The notes: generated from the sequence alone by a model not told the origin. DNA of 64,000 nucleotides from Longimicrobiales bacterium (GCA_965248195.1 CBDFIQ010000002.1:2304001-2368000); one strand, 5' to 3'. Positions 51,499-60,942 are shown, numbered from the stretch's first letter. Numbers and translations: made by a program.

Positions 51499-53038
51499 CT
51501 AATCAGCAGGCGCCAGTCGAACGATTCGCCCGCCGGAGCCATGTTCGAGTAACAAGTAGATGTCTCCGTTATAACCCTGCTCGATATCACGAATGCGGCC
51601 AATGCTTTCGAACAGCGTTTCTCGATGAACGAGTCGATTGTTCTCAATATCGATTCGGAAAAGACTGCGTGCCTTCAAAGAGCCTACCAAAAAATCGCCT
51701 TTCCATTCGGGAAACTGTTCGCTGGTGGTGATGATGAAACTGGAAACTGCGGGTGAGGGCGTCAGGTCCACCACCGGCTGCTCGATATCGGATAATTCAA
51801 AGGCGATGCCCAGGTCCTTACCGTACTCGACCGGCGTGCCGTCGTAATCCATACCCAGAGAATACAACGGCCAACCATAGTTGCGCCCCGGTAGCAGGCG
51901 GTTCACCTCGTCCCCACCCCTAGGCCCGTGTTCGCTGCCCCATAACTCTCCGTTTACAGTATCGAATTCCAAGCCCTGAGGACTGCGATGACCATAGGTG
52001 TAAATGCTGCGATAGACATCATCGCGATCGGCGAAGGGATTGTCTTCCGGAATACTGCCATCGTCGTTGACGCGATGAATCTTGCCCCAGGGTGTGGACA
52101 GATCCTGAATGCCGCGAATGCCTTTCATTCCCACAGTGAAATAGACATGGCCGGCGTCGTCGAAGGCGACGCGGCCGCCGGCGGTCACATCGCCTCCTGC
52201 GCCGTAGTGCTCCATATCGGCTTGCCAGATGGTTTCCTGTTCAATCCATTCGCCCTCTTCAATTTTGCCCCGTACCAGCTTGTTCATGGAAACCGGGCGT
52301 CCGCTTTCCCGGCTAATGGCATTGCAATCGTCGCAGCGGTCACCGAAGTGCAGATAGATCCAGCCGTTCTCCTCGTAGTTCGGATGCAACGCGATATCGA
52401 GCAACCACCCCATGCCTCGTTCTATATCCAAGCGTGTGTCCAGACGGTAGACGTCGTCATAGGCCTGGGGCGTTCCGCGAATAAAACCCGACTGCTCACC
52501 ATCCGGGACGACGATGCGCACACCTTTCGTTTTTTCGGTCAGCAGCAGGCGCCCATCGGGCAGGGGCTCCGATGGAATAGGGGAGCGGATCCAGGTCGTC
52601 GACGAGTGTTTCCAAACGGAAATTGTGTAATTCACTCTCGATCTCGCCATCCGGGATCGAAAGTGGCATTTCAAAATTCGACGTCACGTAGTCGACGTTG
52701 GCGCGGGTTTCTAGGACGTACATGGCGATGTTGCGGATTTGCGCGGGGCTGAAGGTATCCCGCCAGGTGGGCATGCCCGATGCCTCATAGCCATTGCTGA
52801 TACTGGCGACCATATCTGCCATGGAGTCGCCGTGACGCAACTCTCCCCGCAGGGGCGTGCCCTGGGGAGCCCCCTCCAGGTTTTCGCCATGACACACTGC
52901 GCAGTTCTCCTGAAACAGCACAATAGAATTGGTGACACCGGAATAAGCCTCGGCTTGCGCGAAGGCAGCAGGCGCCTTGATCAGGGCGATTGGAATTACG
53001 ATCAAACAGAGCTTCCAATACTGGCGTGGTGTTTTCAT
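51499..53038 (-). pseudogene. Cytochrome c + PQQ-dependent sugar dehydrogenase (GSDH/YliI-like) fusion, split by a +1 frameshift
   Basis: ORF 52496-53038 (CAVCH, GMP) and ORF 51499-52674 (LHPNY, YTYGHRSPQGL, EHGPRGGDEVN, NYGWP) join as PYSIEPLPDG if one G near 52570 is removed. Confidence 0.85.
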
Positions 53039-53433
53039 TGTTATGCCCTGTTATTAAGGTGGGCACAGACGAGGTTGCCCCAGTTTAACGGATACTTTTG
53101 TTTGGGAACATCCCCCACCCGAGTGCGGCCCAAAGTGGGGCCTACCATGTCATGTGTTGGTGTAGGCCTAGAGAGCGCCGGGAAGGAAAAAGCATGCCCC
53201 GAGCCTCTCGCCGGTCCGCATATCGATCCCGTTCTCCTTCAGAAGTCGGGGCGTGTGTCCGTCCTGCGGGGACACGGGCGATACAAAAAAAGCTACCGCT
53301 CATACTCGGGTCACCAGATATCTTTCAGTAGGACATTCACTCTGCGTCGTGGCGGTGGTGCAAGGCTGTGATGGCCACGATCCACGCCACGCTTGTTGTC
53401 TGGGTTCTAGAAAACCCGCGGGAAGACGAAGCC

Positions 53434-54006
53434 ATGGGGATCAGCGAATACGTGCTGCTCGGGTTGGTGGCCGTCACGGGCGTTTACATCGTGACGATCT
53501 ACAACAACCTTGTGCGCCTGAAGCATACGGTGACGAAGAACTGGTCGAACATCGACGTGCTGCTCAAGCAACGGCACGACGAGCTCCCCAACCTCGTCGA
53601 GACGTGTAAGGGCTACATGAAGCACGAGAGGGAGACGCTCGAGGCCGTCATGAAGGCGAGGTCGGCGGTGGCGAGCGCACGGCAGGCCGGGAACGTAGCT
53701 GCGCTGGGACCCGCCGAGGGCGCGCTCCGTATGGGCTTGGGCTCGCTGTTCGCGGTGGCCGAGGCATACCCGGACCTCAAGGCGAACGAGTCCTTCAGAC
53801 ATGTCCAGACCAGAATCTCACAGCTCGAGAACGGCATCGCGGACCGGCGGGAGCTCTACAACGCGACGGTGAACAACCTGAACGTGAGGATCGAGCAGTT
53901 TCCCGATGTCTTCGTCGCTCGCAATCTGGGCTTTCAGGCCGCGGATCTTCTCGAGTTCGAAGAGCCGGAGTTGAAGAACGTCGACATGCAGAAGCTGTTC
54001 CGCTGA
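53434..54006 (+). CDS. lemA: LemA family protein
   Basis: YNNLV, WSNIDVLLKQRHD, AEAYPDLKAN, RRELYN, QFPDVFVA; start ATG 53434. Confidence 0.95.
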   Translation: MGISEYVLLGLVAVTGVYIVTIYNNLVRLKHTVTKNWSNIDVLLKQRHDELPNLVETCKGYMKHERETLEAVMKARSAVASARQAGNVAALGPAEGALRMGLGSLFAVAEAYPDLKANESFRHVQTRISQLENGIADRRELYNATVNNLNVRIEQFPDVFVARNLGFQAADLLEFEEPELKNVDMQKLFR

Positions 54007-54944
54007 TGCTCGCCGAGCTCACCTCCGGCATCCAAGCACTGAGCCAGGAGCAGTTGGGACTTCTGCTCCTCGTCCTCGCTGTCTTCACGGGCGTCGGGTT
54101 CTTCCTGTGGAAGAGATCCTTCCAACACGCCCGTGTGATGGAAGACATGCCCACGTCCAAGGTCCGCTCCGCCGCCCAGGGGTTCGTCGAGCTCTCGGGA
54201 ATCCAGCACGCGCTCGAGGGCGTTCCCCTGTCCGCTCCCCTGACCGGTAGTACCTGCACTTGGTGGGACTACAAGATCGAGAAGAGGGAACGGAGGCGGA
54301 GTTCCAAAGGGCAAAACTCGACCCGCTGGGTCACGGTGGAGAAGGAGACGAGCGTCGGCTTCTTCAACCTGAAGGACGACACCGGGGAGATCCTCGTTAA
54401 TCCGATGGGAGCCGACGTTACCCCCTCGTTGCAGAGGGTCTGGTACGGTAACGCGCGGCGGCCCAACGGTGACGGCTCGTCCCGATTTGGAGGCAGCCTA
54501 AAAGGGCGGTACCGGTATACCGAGCGGATCATGCGCCCCGGCGAGCCCATCTACGCACTCGGCCACTTCGAGACGTGGAGCAACGTCCGGGGAACGAAGG
54601 AGCGCTCGGAAAAGCGCGCCGAAATCCTCGCCGGATGGAAGAAGGACGCCGACGCGCTCGTGCGCCGTTTCGACGAAGATGGGGACGGGCGCGTGGACGA
54701 AGACGAGTGGGAGAGCGCCCGCGAGGCCGCGCAAACTCTCGTCGAGGAGCAGGTTGCCGAGGCCGCGATGAAGCCGAACGTCGACATTCTGATGAAGCCG
54801 GAAGAAGACCATCCGTTCATCCTTTCCACGAAGAACCAGGATGAGCTCACCAAGGTATATCGTTGGAGAGCGGTGGGCGGGCTCCTGTTGTTCTTCGCGG
54901 GGCTCGCGGCCGTCGGAGTCACCCTGACCTCCCGCTTCGGGTAA
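54006..54944 (+). CDS. GIDE/BAM-domain membrane protein with EF-hand
   Basis: N- and C-terminal TMs; DMPTSKVRSAAQGFVELSG, APLTG..C.WW, RYTERIM.PG..IYALG, PFILS; EF-hand DEDGDGRVDEDE; TGATG overlap with lemA. Confidence 0.85.
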   Translation: MLAELTSGIQALSQEQLGLLLLVLAVFTGVGFFLWKRSFQHARVMEDMPTSKVRSAAQGFVELSGIQHALEGVPLSAPLTGSTCTWWDYKIEKRERRRSSKGQNSTRWVTVEKETSVGFFNLKDDTGEILVNPMGADVTPSLQRVWYGNARRPNGDGSSRFGGSLKGRYRYTERIMRPGEPIYALGHFETWSNVRGTKERSEKRAEILAGWKKDADALVRRFDEDGDGRVDEDEWESAREAAQTLVEEQVAEAAMKPNVDILMKPEEDHPFILSTKNQDELTKVYRWRAVGGLLLFFAGLAAVGVTLTSRFG

Positions 54945-54964
54945 TAGGCCTCGTCCAGCAACCG

Positions 54965-55279
54965 CTACAGCAACCGCTCCATGATCCCCATCAAGGTGAT
55001 CTTTTTCACATCACCTCCTCTCTCGTAAAGGAGGTACGGCGCAGGTTCCTTTCCCAAGATCGCTGGGACCTCCAGTAGTTCTAGGTCATTCCGGATCTCT
55101 TCAACAGAGTGATCTTCGAACACAGATTTGCGGACCGACAGCATGGGCGGAAGCGGAACGTCGTGCAGGATTCGAAACCAGTAGGTGTCGGCCACGGGGT
55201 CGAAACCTGCGTCTACCTCGCCACCCATTCGCGTTGAAAGCCAGTCCTTGAGCGCTTCGACCTTCTCAGCAAGATCCAT
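54965..55279 (-). CDS. Hypothetical protein (104 aa)
   Basis: Globular-looking ORF with SD GAGGAG. Confidence 0.6.
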   Translation of the reverse strand: MDLAEKVEALKDWLSTRMGGEVDAGFDPVADTYWFRILHDVPLPPMLSVRKSVFEDHSVEEIRNDLELLEVPAILGKEPAPYLLYERGGDVKKITLMGIMERLL

Positions 55280-55312
55280 CGGTATCCGCTCCTCTGTTCA
55301 TGGCCTCATGGC

Positions 55313-55438
55313 CTAGCCCCGCCCGTCATCCAGCAACTGCTGCAGATCCTCGTCCGACCGATCCTCGAGTCCATCGTTACAGTCCAACAAGACCGTGTGG
55401 AACTCCCCCTCGGATCGAAACTTCGTCGATTTACTCAC
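55313..55438 (-). CDS. Small acidic protein or gene remnant (41 aa)
   Basis: GTG...KFRSEGEFHTVLLDCNDGLEDRSDEDLQQLLDDGRG*; below the ORF-track cut-off. Confidence 0.35.
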   Translation of the reverse strand: MSKSTKFRSEGEFHTVLLDCNDGLEDRSDEDLQQLLDDGRG

Positions 55439-55534
55439 CGCCCGAAAGCAACTCGTATATCAATCCACAGACCATATAGAAGTCGGACCTCGATATCTCC
55501 AAACCTTCCATCAACGAAGGAAGACGCGCGAGCA

Positions 55535-55661
55535 GCCGATCAAGACGTTCGGTAACCGACATCGGGCGGTGATGTCGGCTCGCTGCTTGCTCATGCAGCA
55601 TGAGGTCGCGCTGTCGCTAGATCGTGGCGCAGATCCGCGACACTCGATTATCTTGATCGGC
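55535..55661 (+). ncRNA. Candidate multi-stem structured RNA/leader upstream of the SDR gene
   Basis: Perfect 11-bp closing stem GCCGATCAAGA/TCTTGATCGGC enclosing three hairpins. Confidence 0.4.
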
Positions 55662-55669
55662 GGTGACGG

Positions 55670-55703
55670 CCGGCGGCCGGGCTAGTCCCTGGCCGCCGGT
55701 TTC
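55670..55703 (+). terminator. Intrinsic terminator-like hairpin
   Basis: CCGGCGGCCGGG-CTAGT-CCCTGGCCGCCGG followed by TTTCACTT. Confidence 0.55.
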
Positions 55704-55731
55704 ACTTCCTACCAGGTGATGGAGCATCCGC

Positions 55732-56730
55732 ATGAAGCCTCTGACCGGAAAGGTCGCCGTCGTGGCCGGCGCGACCCGAGGCGCGGGACGCGGCATCGCG
55801 AGCATGCTTGGAGAGGCGGGCGCCACCGTCTACTGCACGGGGCGGAGCGTCCGTGGCCAGCCGGCCTCCGGGGCGAACCGTACCGAGACGATCGAGGAAA
55901 CGGCAGAGCTCGTCACGGAGCTCGGAGGGACAGGCATCTGGGACCGAGTCGACCACACCGTCGAGAAGGAGGTCGCGGCGCTCTTCCAGAGAGTTAAGGA
56001 CGAGCAGGGACGCCTGGACATCCTGGTGAACGACGTCTGGGGGGGCGATTCACTGACCGAGTGGGGCAAGCCCTTCTGGAAGCTCTCCACCCAGAAGGGT
56101 CTGGCCATGCTTCGGCAGGCCGTCGACACGCACATCATCACGAGCCGCCATGGAGTCCCCCTGATGATCGAACAAGGGCACGGCCTCATCGTGGAAATCA
56201 CCGACGGCGACTTCCTCGGTTACCGGGGCAACCTGTTCTACGACCTCGTGAAGGTGGGTGTGATCCGCCTGGCCTACGACATGTCGCTGGATCTGAAGGA
56301 CCGGGGGATCACTGCGCTGGCGGTGACGCCCGGGTTTCTGCGCTCCGAGGCCATGCTCGATCATTTCAGCGTCACCGAGGAGAACTGGCGGGACGGTGCG
56401 GAGAAGGACCCTCATTTCGCCGAGTCCGAGTCGCCCGCCTTCGTCGGGAGGGCGGTGGCCGCCCTCGCAGCCGACCCCAACGTCCTCGACAAGACGGGCC
56501 GCGTGTGGGCGTCCTGGACGCTGGCTAAGGAGTACGAGATCCGCGACGTCGACGGCCGACAGCCGGACTGGGGTGGCTATTTCGATGGGACCGTGGCGGC
56601 CGTCCTGGAACGTGGTGGGCCGCTCAGTGGCAGCGACCGGGCGCTCCTCGAGATGCGGCGCTTTCAGATCGATCGAGACACCGCGCGGGCGGACCAGGCG
56701 AAGCAGATCGACGAATTGCTGAAGGGATAG
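55732..56730 (+). CDS. SDR family oxidoreductase (DHRS1-like)
   Basis: AGATRGAGRG, LDILVND, YDLVK, TPGFLRSE, ESPAFVGRAV. Confidence 0.93.
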   Translation: MKPLTGKVAVVAGATRGAGRGIASMLGEAGATVYCTGRSVRGQPASGANRTETIEETAELVTELGGTGIWDRVDHTVEKEVAALFQRVKDEQGRLDILVNDVWGGDSLTEWGKPFWKLSTQKGLAMLRQAVDTHIITSRHGVPLMIEQGHGLIVEITDGDFLGYRGNLFYDLVKVGVIRLAYDMSLDLKDRGITALAVTPGFLRSEAMLDHFSVTEENWRDGAEKDPHFAESESPAFVGRAVAALAADPNVLDKTGRVWASWTLAKEYEIRDVDGRQPDWGGYFDGTVAAVLERGGPLSGSDRALLEMRRFQIDRDTARADQAKQIDELLKG

Positions 56731-56760
56731 GGAGCCTCGATGACCGGCCCACGAGACGAA

Positions 56761-57259
56761 CTACCGAGACGTCCAGAGGAAGACCTCCCAGTCACGGAGA
56801 GGGTCAGGCCCACCCACCGCCCTGTCCATGGGAAGGCCGGTCTTACCGGAGTACAGCTCGAGCATCGGCAGGCGCGCGTCACCCAGGATCTCCGTGGCCC
56901 GCATCGCATACGTCGCGTCACCGATGCGTAGCCGCCCATCCGTTTTGCCGTCTCTTATCCGCTGCGCCCAGTAACCCCCGTCCGGGCGGGTGGGTGATCA
57001 CACCCTCGGGAGTCCCCACATACGTAAGATAGATCACGAACGGCGGGAAGCCGGCCTGCTTCATCAGCAGATTGGTCCCCACGTCATTGACGGTGCTAAA
57101 GTCGCTCGGGGCGGGCGTATCCGTCCCTCCGATTATCACACCGGGCGTACGCGAAAGCCCCTGGTTGCCTGCATAAGGAGCGGTGGACACCCAGCTGGGA
57201 ACGCCGATCAGGAGTACCACTCCCGTGACGATCCCTGCGATCTTCAGCTTTCCGCTCAC
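56761..57259 (-). pseudogene. Frameshifted membrane-anchored hypothetical protein
   Basis: The N-half (to GVIT) continues in another frame as TRPDGGYWAQRIRDGKTDGRLRIGDATYAMRATEILGDARLPML...WEVFLWTSR*; span is 3n+1. Confidence 0.7.
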
Positions 57260-57650
57260 CCTACATCCTCCGCGTTGGTCTCAGCGCGGACGCTTTACCA
57301 GGCCTCGGCAGAAGGGTAACCCTGAACTGGAGCGTTGTCAGTATGGGAGCCCGAACACCAGAAGATCTTCGTAGACTCGTCACTGGCGTCGGCCCTGAGT
57401 CGCAGGTGGTAGGGTCGATGCGTCGTTGGAAGTGCAGACGAGAATCGGATCCTGAGCCGGGGAAGGTTGCTGCACGACCGCCCCTCGCGGGCGCCCATGG
57501 GTGAGCGCAGTCATGCGTGTGAGCACTTGGTAGTTGGCGAACGACTGAGGGCGAGCTAGACTAACATTCCGGGGGGCCACAAGGCCCGATTGCCGGCGAC
57601 CGCTTCATACTCTTTGCGGCAACGGAAACGTTCCTCGAAAGGAACCCGAC

Positions 57651-58820
57651 ATGACAAAACAGACCACCCGTCGTGACATGATCAAAGGAAGCGTCGCTCT
57701 CGCGGGATTGGGCGTCCTCGGCCTACCGGAATGGGCGTTTCCGGCCCTCACCCAAGACCAGACCTTGGTGCGCTTCACCGACTTGCCCGATGAGATCGTG
57801 CTGGAGCGCACGCCTGATCGGCGGATCATCGATATCCGAGGGATCGACGGGGTAATCACCCCGAGCGACCAGTTCTTCACGACGCAGCATTACGGGCACC
57901 CCGAGATCGACACGGCGACGTACCGACTGCGGGTGTCCGGACTCGTGGACCGGCCGTTGTCGCTCTCGCTCGCCGAGCTGCGCGCGATGCCCGGCCGCGA
58001 TCTCGTCTTTGGGTTCGAGTGCTCGGGGAATCGCGGCCCGGTGAACGGTCTTTCGAGTAACGGCCGCTGGCGGGGGGTCCCGTTGCGGGCGGTCCTGGAG
58101 CGGGCCGGGGTGCACGCCGAGGCCCGCGAGTTTGTCTTCTTCGGCGCCGACCACGGCGAAGAGGAGGTGGAGTTCCGGGGTCGCGCGTACCCCGTGGACC
58201 AGCAGTACGGCCGGAGTCTCCAACGCGACCAGGCGTTGTCGGACGAGCCGCTGCTGGCCTACTCGCTGAACGACGAGCCGCTAAGCACACATCAGGGGCG
58301 TCCGCTCCGGTTGCTCAACCCCGGGTGGTACGGTGCGCCGAACGTAAAGTGGCTCTCCGAGATCCACGTCCAGGAGGAGCCGTACCTCGGGAAGTACCAG
58401 GCCCGCTGGTACCGGACGTTGAAGGGCGAGATGATCAACGGCGAGATGAAGTGGGTAGAAACCGCGATTACCAAGATGCAGCTGAAGTCGTTCGTCGCTC
58501 GGGTCACCCGAGAGAGCGGCGGGCAGCACAACGTGTTCGGCGTGGTGATGCACGACGGCACGCCGCTCCGGTCGGTCGAGGTGAAGGTGGACGACGGCCC
58601 GTGGCAGCCTGCAACGCTCGACCCGGCGACGACGAGCGAGCAGTACGGGTGGAAGTTCTTCAACTACACCTGGAACGGCGCCACCCCGGGAGAGCACACC
58701 GTGACCTCACGGGCGACCGACGTCGACGGCAACGTACAGGCGACCGCCGAGGAGCTGGAAACCAAGCTGACCTTCCTCGAGCACAGCCTGCAGCTACCGC
58801 GGACCCTCATTATCGAGTAG
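57651..58820 (+). CDS. Tat-exported sulfite-oxidase-family molybdopterin oxidoreductase
   Basis: TRRDMIK, ECSGNR (Mo-Cys), GRPLRL..PGWYG..NVKWL, C-terminal Ig-like dimerisation domain (SRATD). Confidence 0.92.
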   Translation: MTKQTTRRDMIKGSVALAGLGVLGLPEWAFPALTQDQTLVRFTDLPDEIVLERTPDRRIIDIRGIDGVITPSDQFFTTQHYGHPEIDTATYRLRVSGLVDRPLSLSLAELRAMPGRDLVFGFECSGNRGPVNGLSSNGRWRGVPLRAVLERAGVHAEAREFVFFGADHGEEEVEFRGRAYPVDQQYGRSLQRDQALSDEPLLAYSLNDEPLSTHQGRPLRLLNPGWYGAPNVKWLSEIHVQEEPYLGKYQARWYRTLKGEMINGEMKWVETAITKMQLKSFVARVTRESGGQHNVFGVVMHDGTPLRSVEVKVDDGPWQPATLDPATTSEQYGWKFFNYTWNGATPGEHTVTSRATDVDGNVQATAEELETKLTFLEHSLQLPRTLIIE

Positions 58821-58871
58821 GGAGGAATAAGGGAATCATCCACTAATCCCGAGTACGATTTTCGATCCATG

Positions 58872-58928
58872 CACGAGCGCAAAGTCGCGCTCAAGGTCCT
58901 GAAGCCCGAACTCGCAGCCGTAGTGGGC
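58872..58928 (+). pseudogene. 57-bp remnant of a Hanks-type Ser/Thr kinase gene
   Basis: Translates HERKVALKVLKPELAAVVG (subdomain II); flanks do not continue the kinase. Confidence 0.75.
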
Positions 58929-59047
58929 TCAGATCCCCTGGCTTCGCGCCTTCGTGGAAGGCGCGGTGATCTTGCGGCAGAGTGGAGAACTAGGGGCCTC
59001 ACAGCGGTCGTAGCTGAGGCTCCTGCCATTGCACCAGCGCCTTCCTG

Positions 59048-60784
59048 CTAGCCATCCGGAAGGGTGAACAACCATACGCTGTCTCCCCGATCGGTTCTGG
59101 CTATCCGGTTACCTGCAGAAAAAACTGCGACGTATTGCTTGCCGTTGTGCTCGAATACCGTGACCGGTGCGTTTACACCCGCGTCGGTCGCGAACTCCCA
59201 CAGCATGGAACCGTCACGGGCATCCAGCGCGGTTAAACGGCCGTCGTTACGGCCGGCAAACAGCAGGTCGCCTGCCGTCGCCACCAGGCCGCTGTAACAG
59301 CGACTGGGCCAGCGCTGGCTCCACAGCTTGCGATTGGTGCGCAGATCCATTGCGGAAACGATTCCGGTTATGGGAATGGGCGCGAAACGCATGCTACCAC
59401 CGGTGTAGCGGGTACCGGATTCCACTTGTTCCAGATCTGTCCCAACGGAATACGCGGCCTGCCGCTCGCCGGCGCAGACGTACATCACCCCGTTCTCGGG
59501 GTCTACGGTGCTCGGAGGCCAATTGGCCTCGCCACGGCGGAGCAGTACCGGCTCATCCCAAAACGGTGTAAAGATGGCGCCGTTGTTGATGAGCTGAAAA
59601 CCCTCCGGGGCGACATCCAATGTTTGAGCAACGAAGGGCTCGCCAACGGGATACGGCTGCGTGGCGGCAGTCGCCTGGCGGGGTTCCTGTGGAACCGGTC
59701 TCTCCTCGATACCTACAAGCGGTTCACCGTTCGTGCGATCGAGTATGTACAACCACCCTGTCTTGCCGGCCTGGGCCAAGCCTTTGCGTGGCACGCCGTC
59801 GTAGTCCAGATCGAACAAGACAACCGGGTTCGGTGCATCGTAGTCCCAGATGTCATGATGCACCTGCTGAAAGTGCCAACGATACTCACCGGTGTAGACA
59901 TCCAACGCCACGATGGACGCCGTGAACAGGTTGTCCCCAGCGCGCACGGCACCGTTATAGTCGGGGCCCGGGTTGCCGGTGGAGAAGTAGATCATGCCCA
60001 GCTCCGGATCGACTGCAGGCGTGTGCCAGACCGTTCCGCCGCCGGTTCGCCAGGCATCGTTGTCAGCGGGCCAGGTATCGTGGCCGAATTCGCCGGGGCC
60101 GGGCACGGTATAGAAGGTCCACAGCAGGCTACCGTCGTCCGCGCTGTACGCCTTCACTCTCCCTCGGGCCGCATATTCGGCACCCGCGAAACCGGTGATG
60201 ACCATGCCCTGGAAATACAGAGGTGCGCTCGTGATGGTGTAGCCTTCTTCCCAGGCTTCGGCTTGAACGGACCAGACCTCTTCCCCGCTGTCTTTGTCCA
60301 ATGCCTTCAGCACGCCATCCAGCTGTCCGACGAAGATCTTGTCTTCGCCAAAACCCACCCCGCGACTGGTCCATCCACAACAGATCGTCGAAATCTCGTT
60401 CGTGAGATTCGCCGAGTAGCGCCACGAGATTTCCCCGGTTTCAATGTCGAGGGCGAAGACATCGTCGGCGCCGGTGACGATGTACATGACCCCTTCATGG
60501 ACTATGGGCTGCGCCTCCCCGGAATACTTCGCGCCGACCCCGGACTCCTCTAGATGAGTACGCCAGACCGGACCAAGTCGATCGACGTTTCCGGTGTTGA
60601 TCTCCGTCAATGCTGAGAAGTTTCGGTTGAAGAGATCCCCGCCGTTGGTTAGCCAGTCGGTCGTAGGCAGTTCCGACAGCGCCTCTTGATCCGGTCTGCT
60701 CTGTGAAGACTCCGCAGCTTGAGATGCCGACGCTGAACTGAGAATGAGTATTCCCGCGAGAAGTGCCGGTATGTGGTTGTTCAT
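59048..60784 (-). CDS. PQQ-dependent alcohol dehydrogenase-like beta-propeller
   Basis: Signal peptide from ATG 60784; vicinal CC (TICCGW.SRG), GAEY, TGNP, HHDIWDYD, GKQYVAV. Confidence 0.93.
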   Translation of the reverse strand: MNNHIPALLAGILILSSASASQAAESSQSRPDQEALSELPTTDWLTNGGDLFNRNFSALTEINTGNVDRLGPVWRTHLEESGVGAKYSGEAQPIVHEGVMYIVTGADDVFALDIETGEISWRYSANLTNEISTICCGWTSRGVGFGEDKIFVGQLDGVLKALDKDSGEEVWSVQAEAWEEGYTITSAPLYFQGMVITGFAGAEYAARGRVKAYSADDGSLLWTFYTVPGPGEFGHDTWPADNDAWRTGGGTVWHTPAVDPELGMIYFSTGNPGPDYNGAVRAGDNLFTASIVALDVYTGEYRWHFQQVHHDIWDYDAPNPVVLFDLDYDGVPRKGLAQAGKTGWLYILDRTNGEPLVGIEERPVPQEPRQATAATQPYPVGEPFVAQTLDVAPEGFQLINNGAIFTPFWDEPVLLRRGEANWPPSTVDPENGVMYVCAGERQAAYSVGTDLEQVESGTRYTGGSMRFAPIPITGIVSAMDLRTNRKLWSQRWPSRCYSGLVATAGDLLFAGRNDGRLTALDARDGSMLWEFATDAGVNAPVTVFEHNGKQYVAVFSAGNRIARTDRGDSVWLFTLPDG

Positions 60785-60870
60785 ATTCTTGGGCTCTACA
60801 GTTCGTGTTGATCCCCAGAGACCGGCGGCGACGGGCTTATCATTGCCCGACAGCCTCACCCTCTCGTTCA

Positions 60871-60909
60871 ACCCCGGAGTCGGGGAATGAACCGGACCAA
60901 CTCCGGGGT
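60871..60909. terminator. Intergenic inverted repeat
   Basis: ACCCCGGAGT/ACTCCGGGGT perfect 10-bp arms. Confidence 0.45.
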
Positions 60910-60942
60910 CACCGCACTCTTCCTTTCTGAGGGAAGCCCCAA

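Noticed and set aside
53075..53095. TTGCCCCAGTTTAACGGATAC, reminiscent of an IS3-family end
   Set aside because: No terminal TG, no partner end and no transposase remnant; too weak to call.
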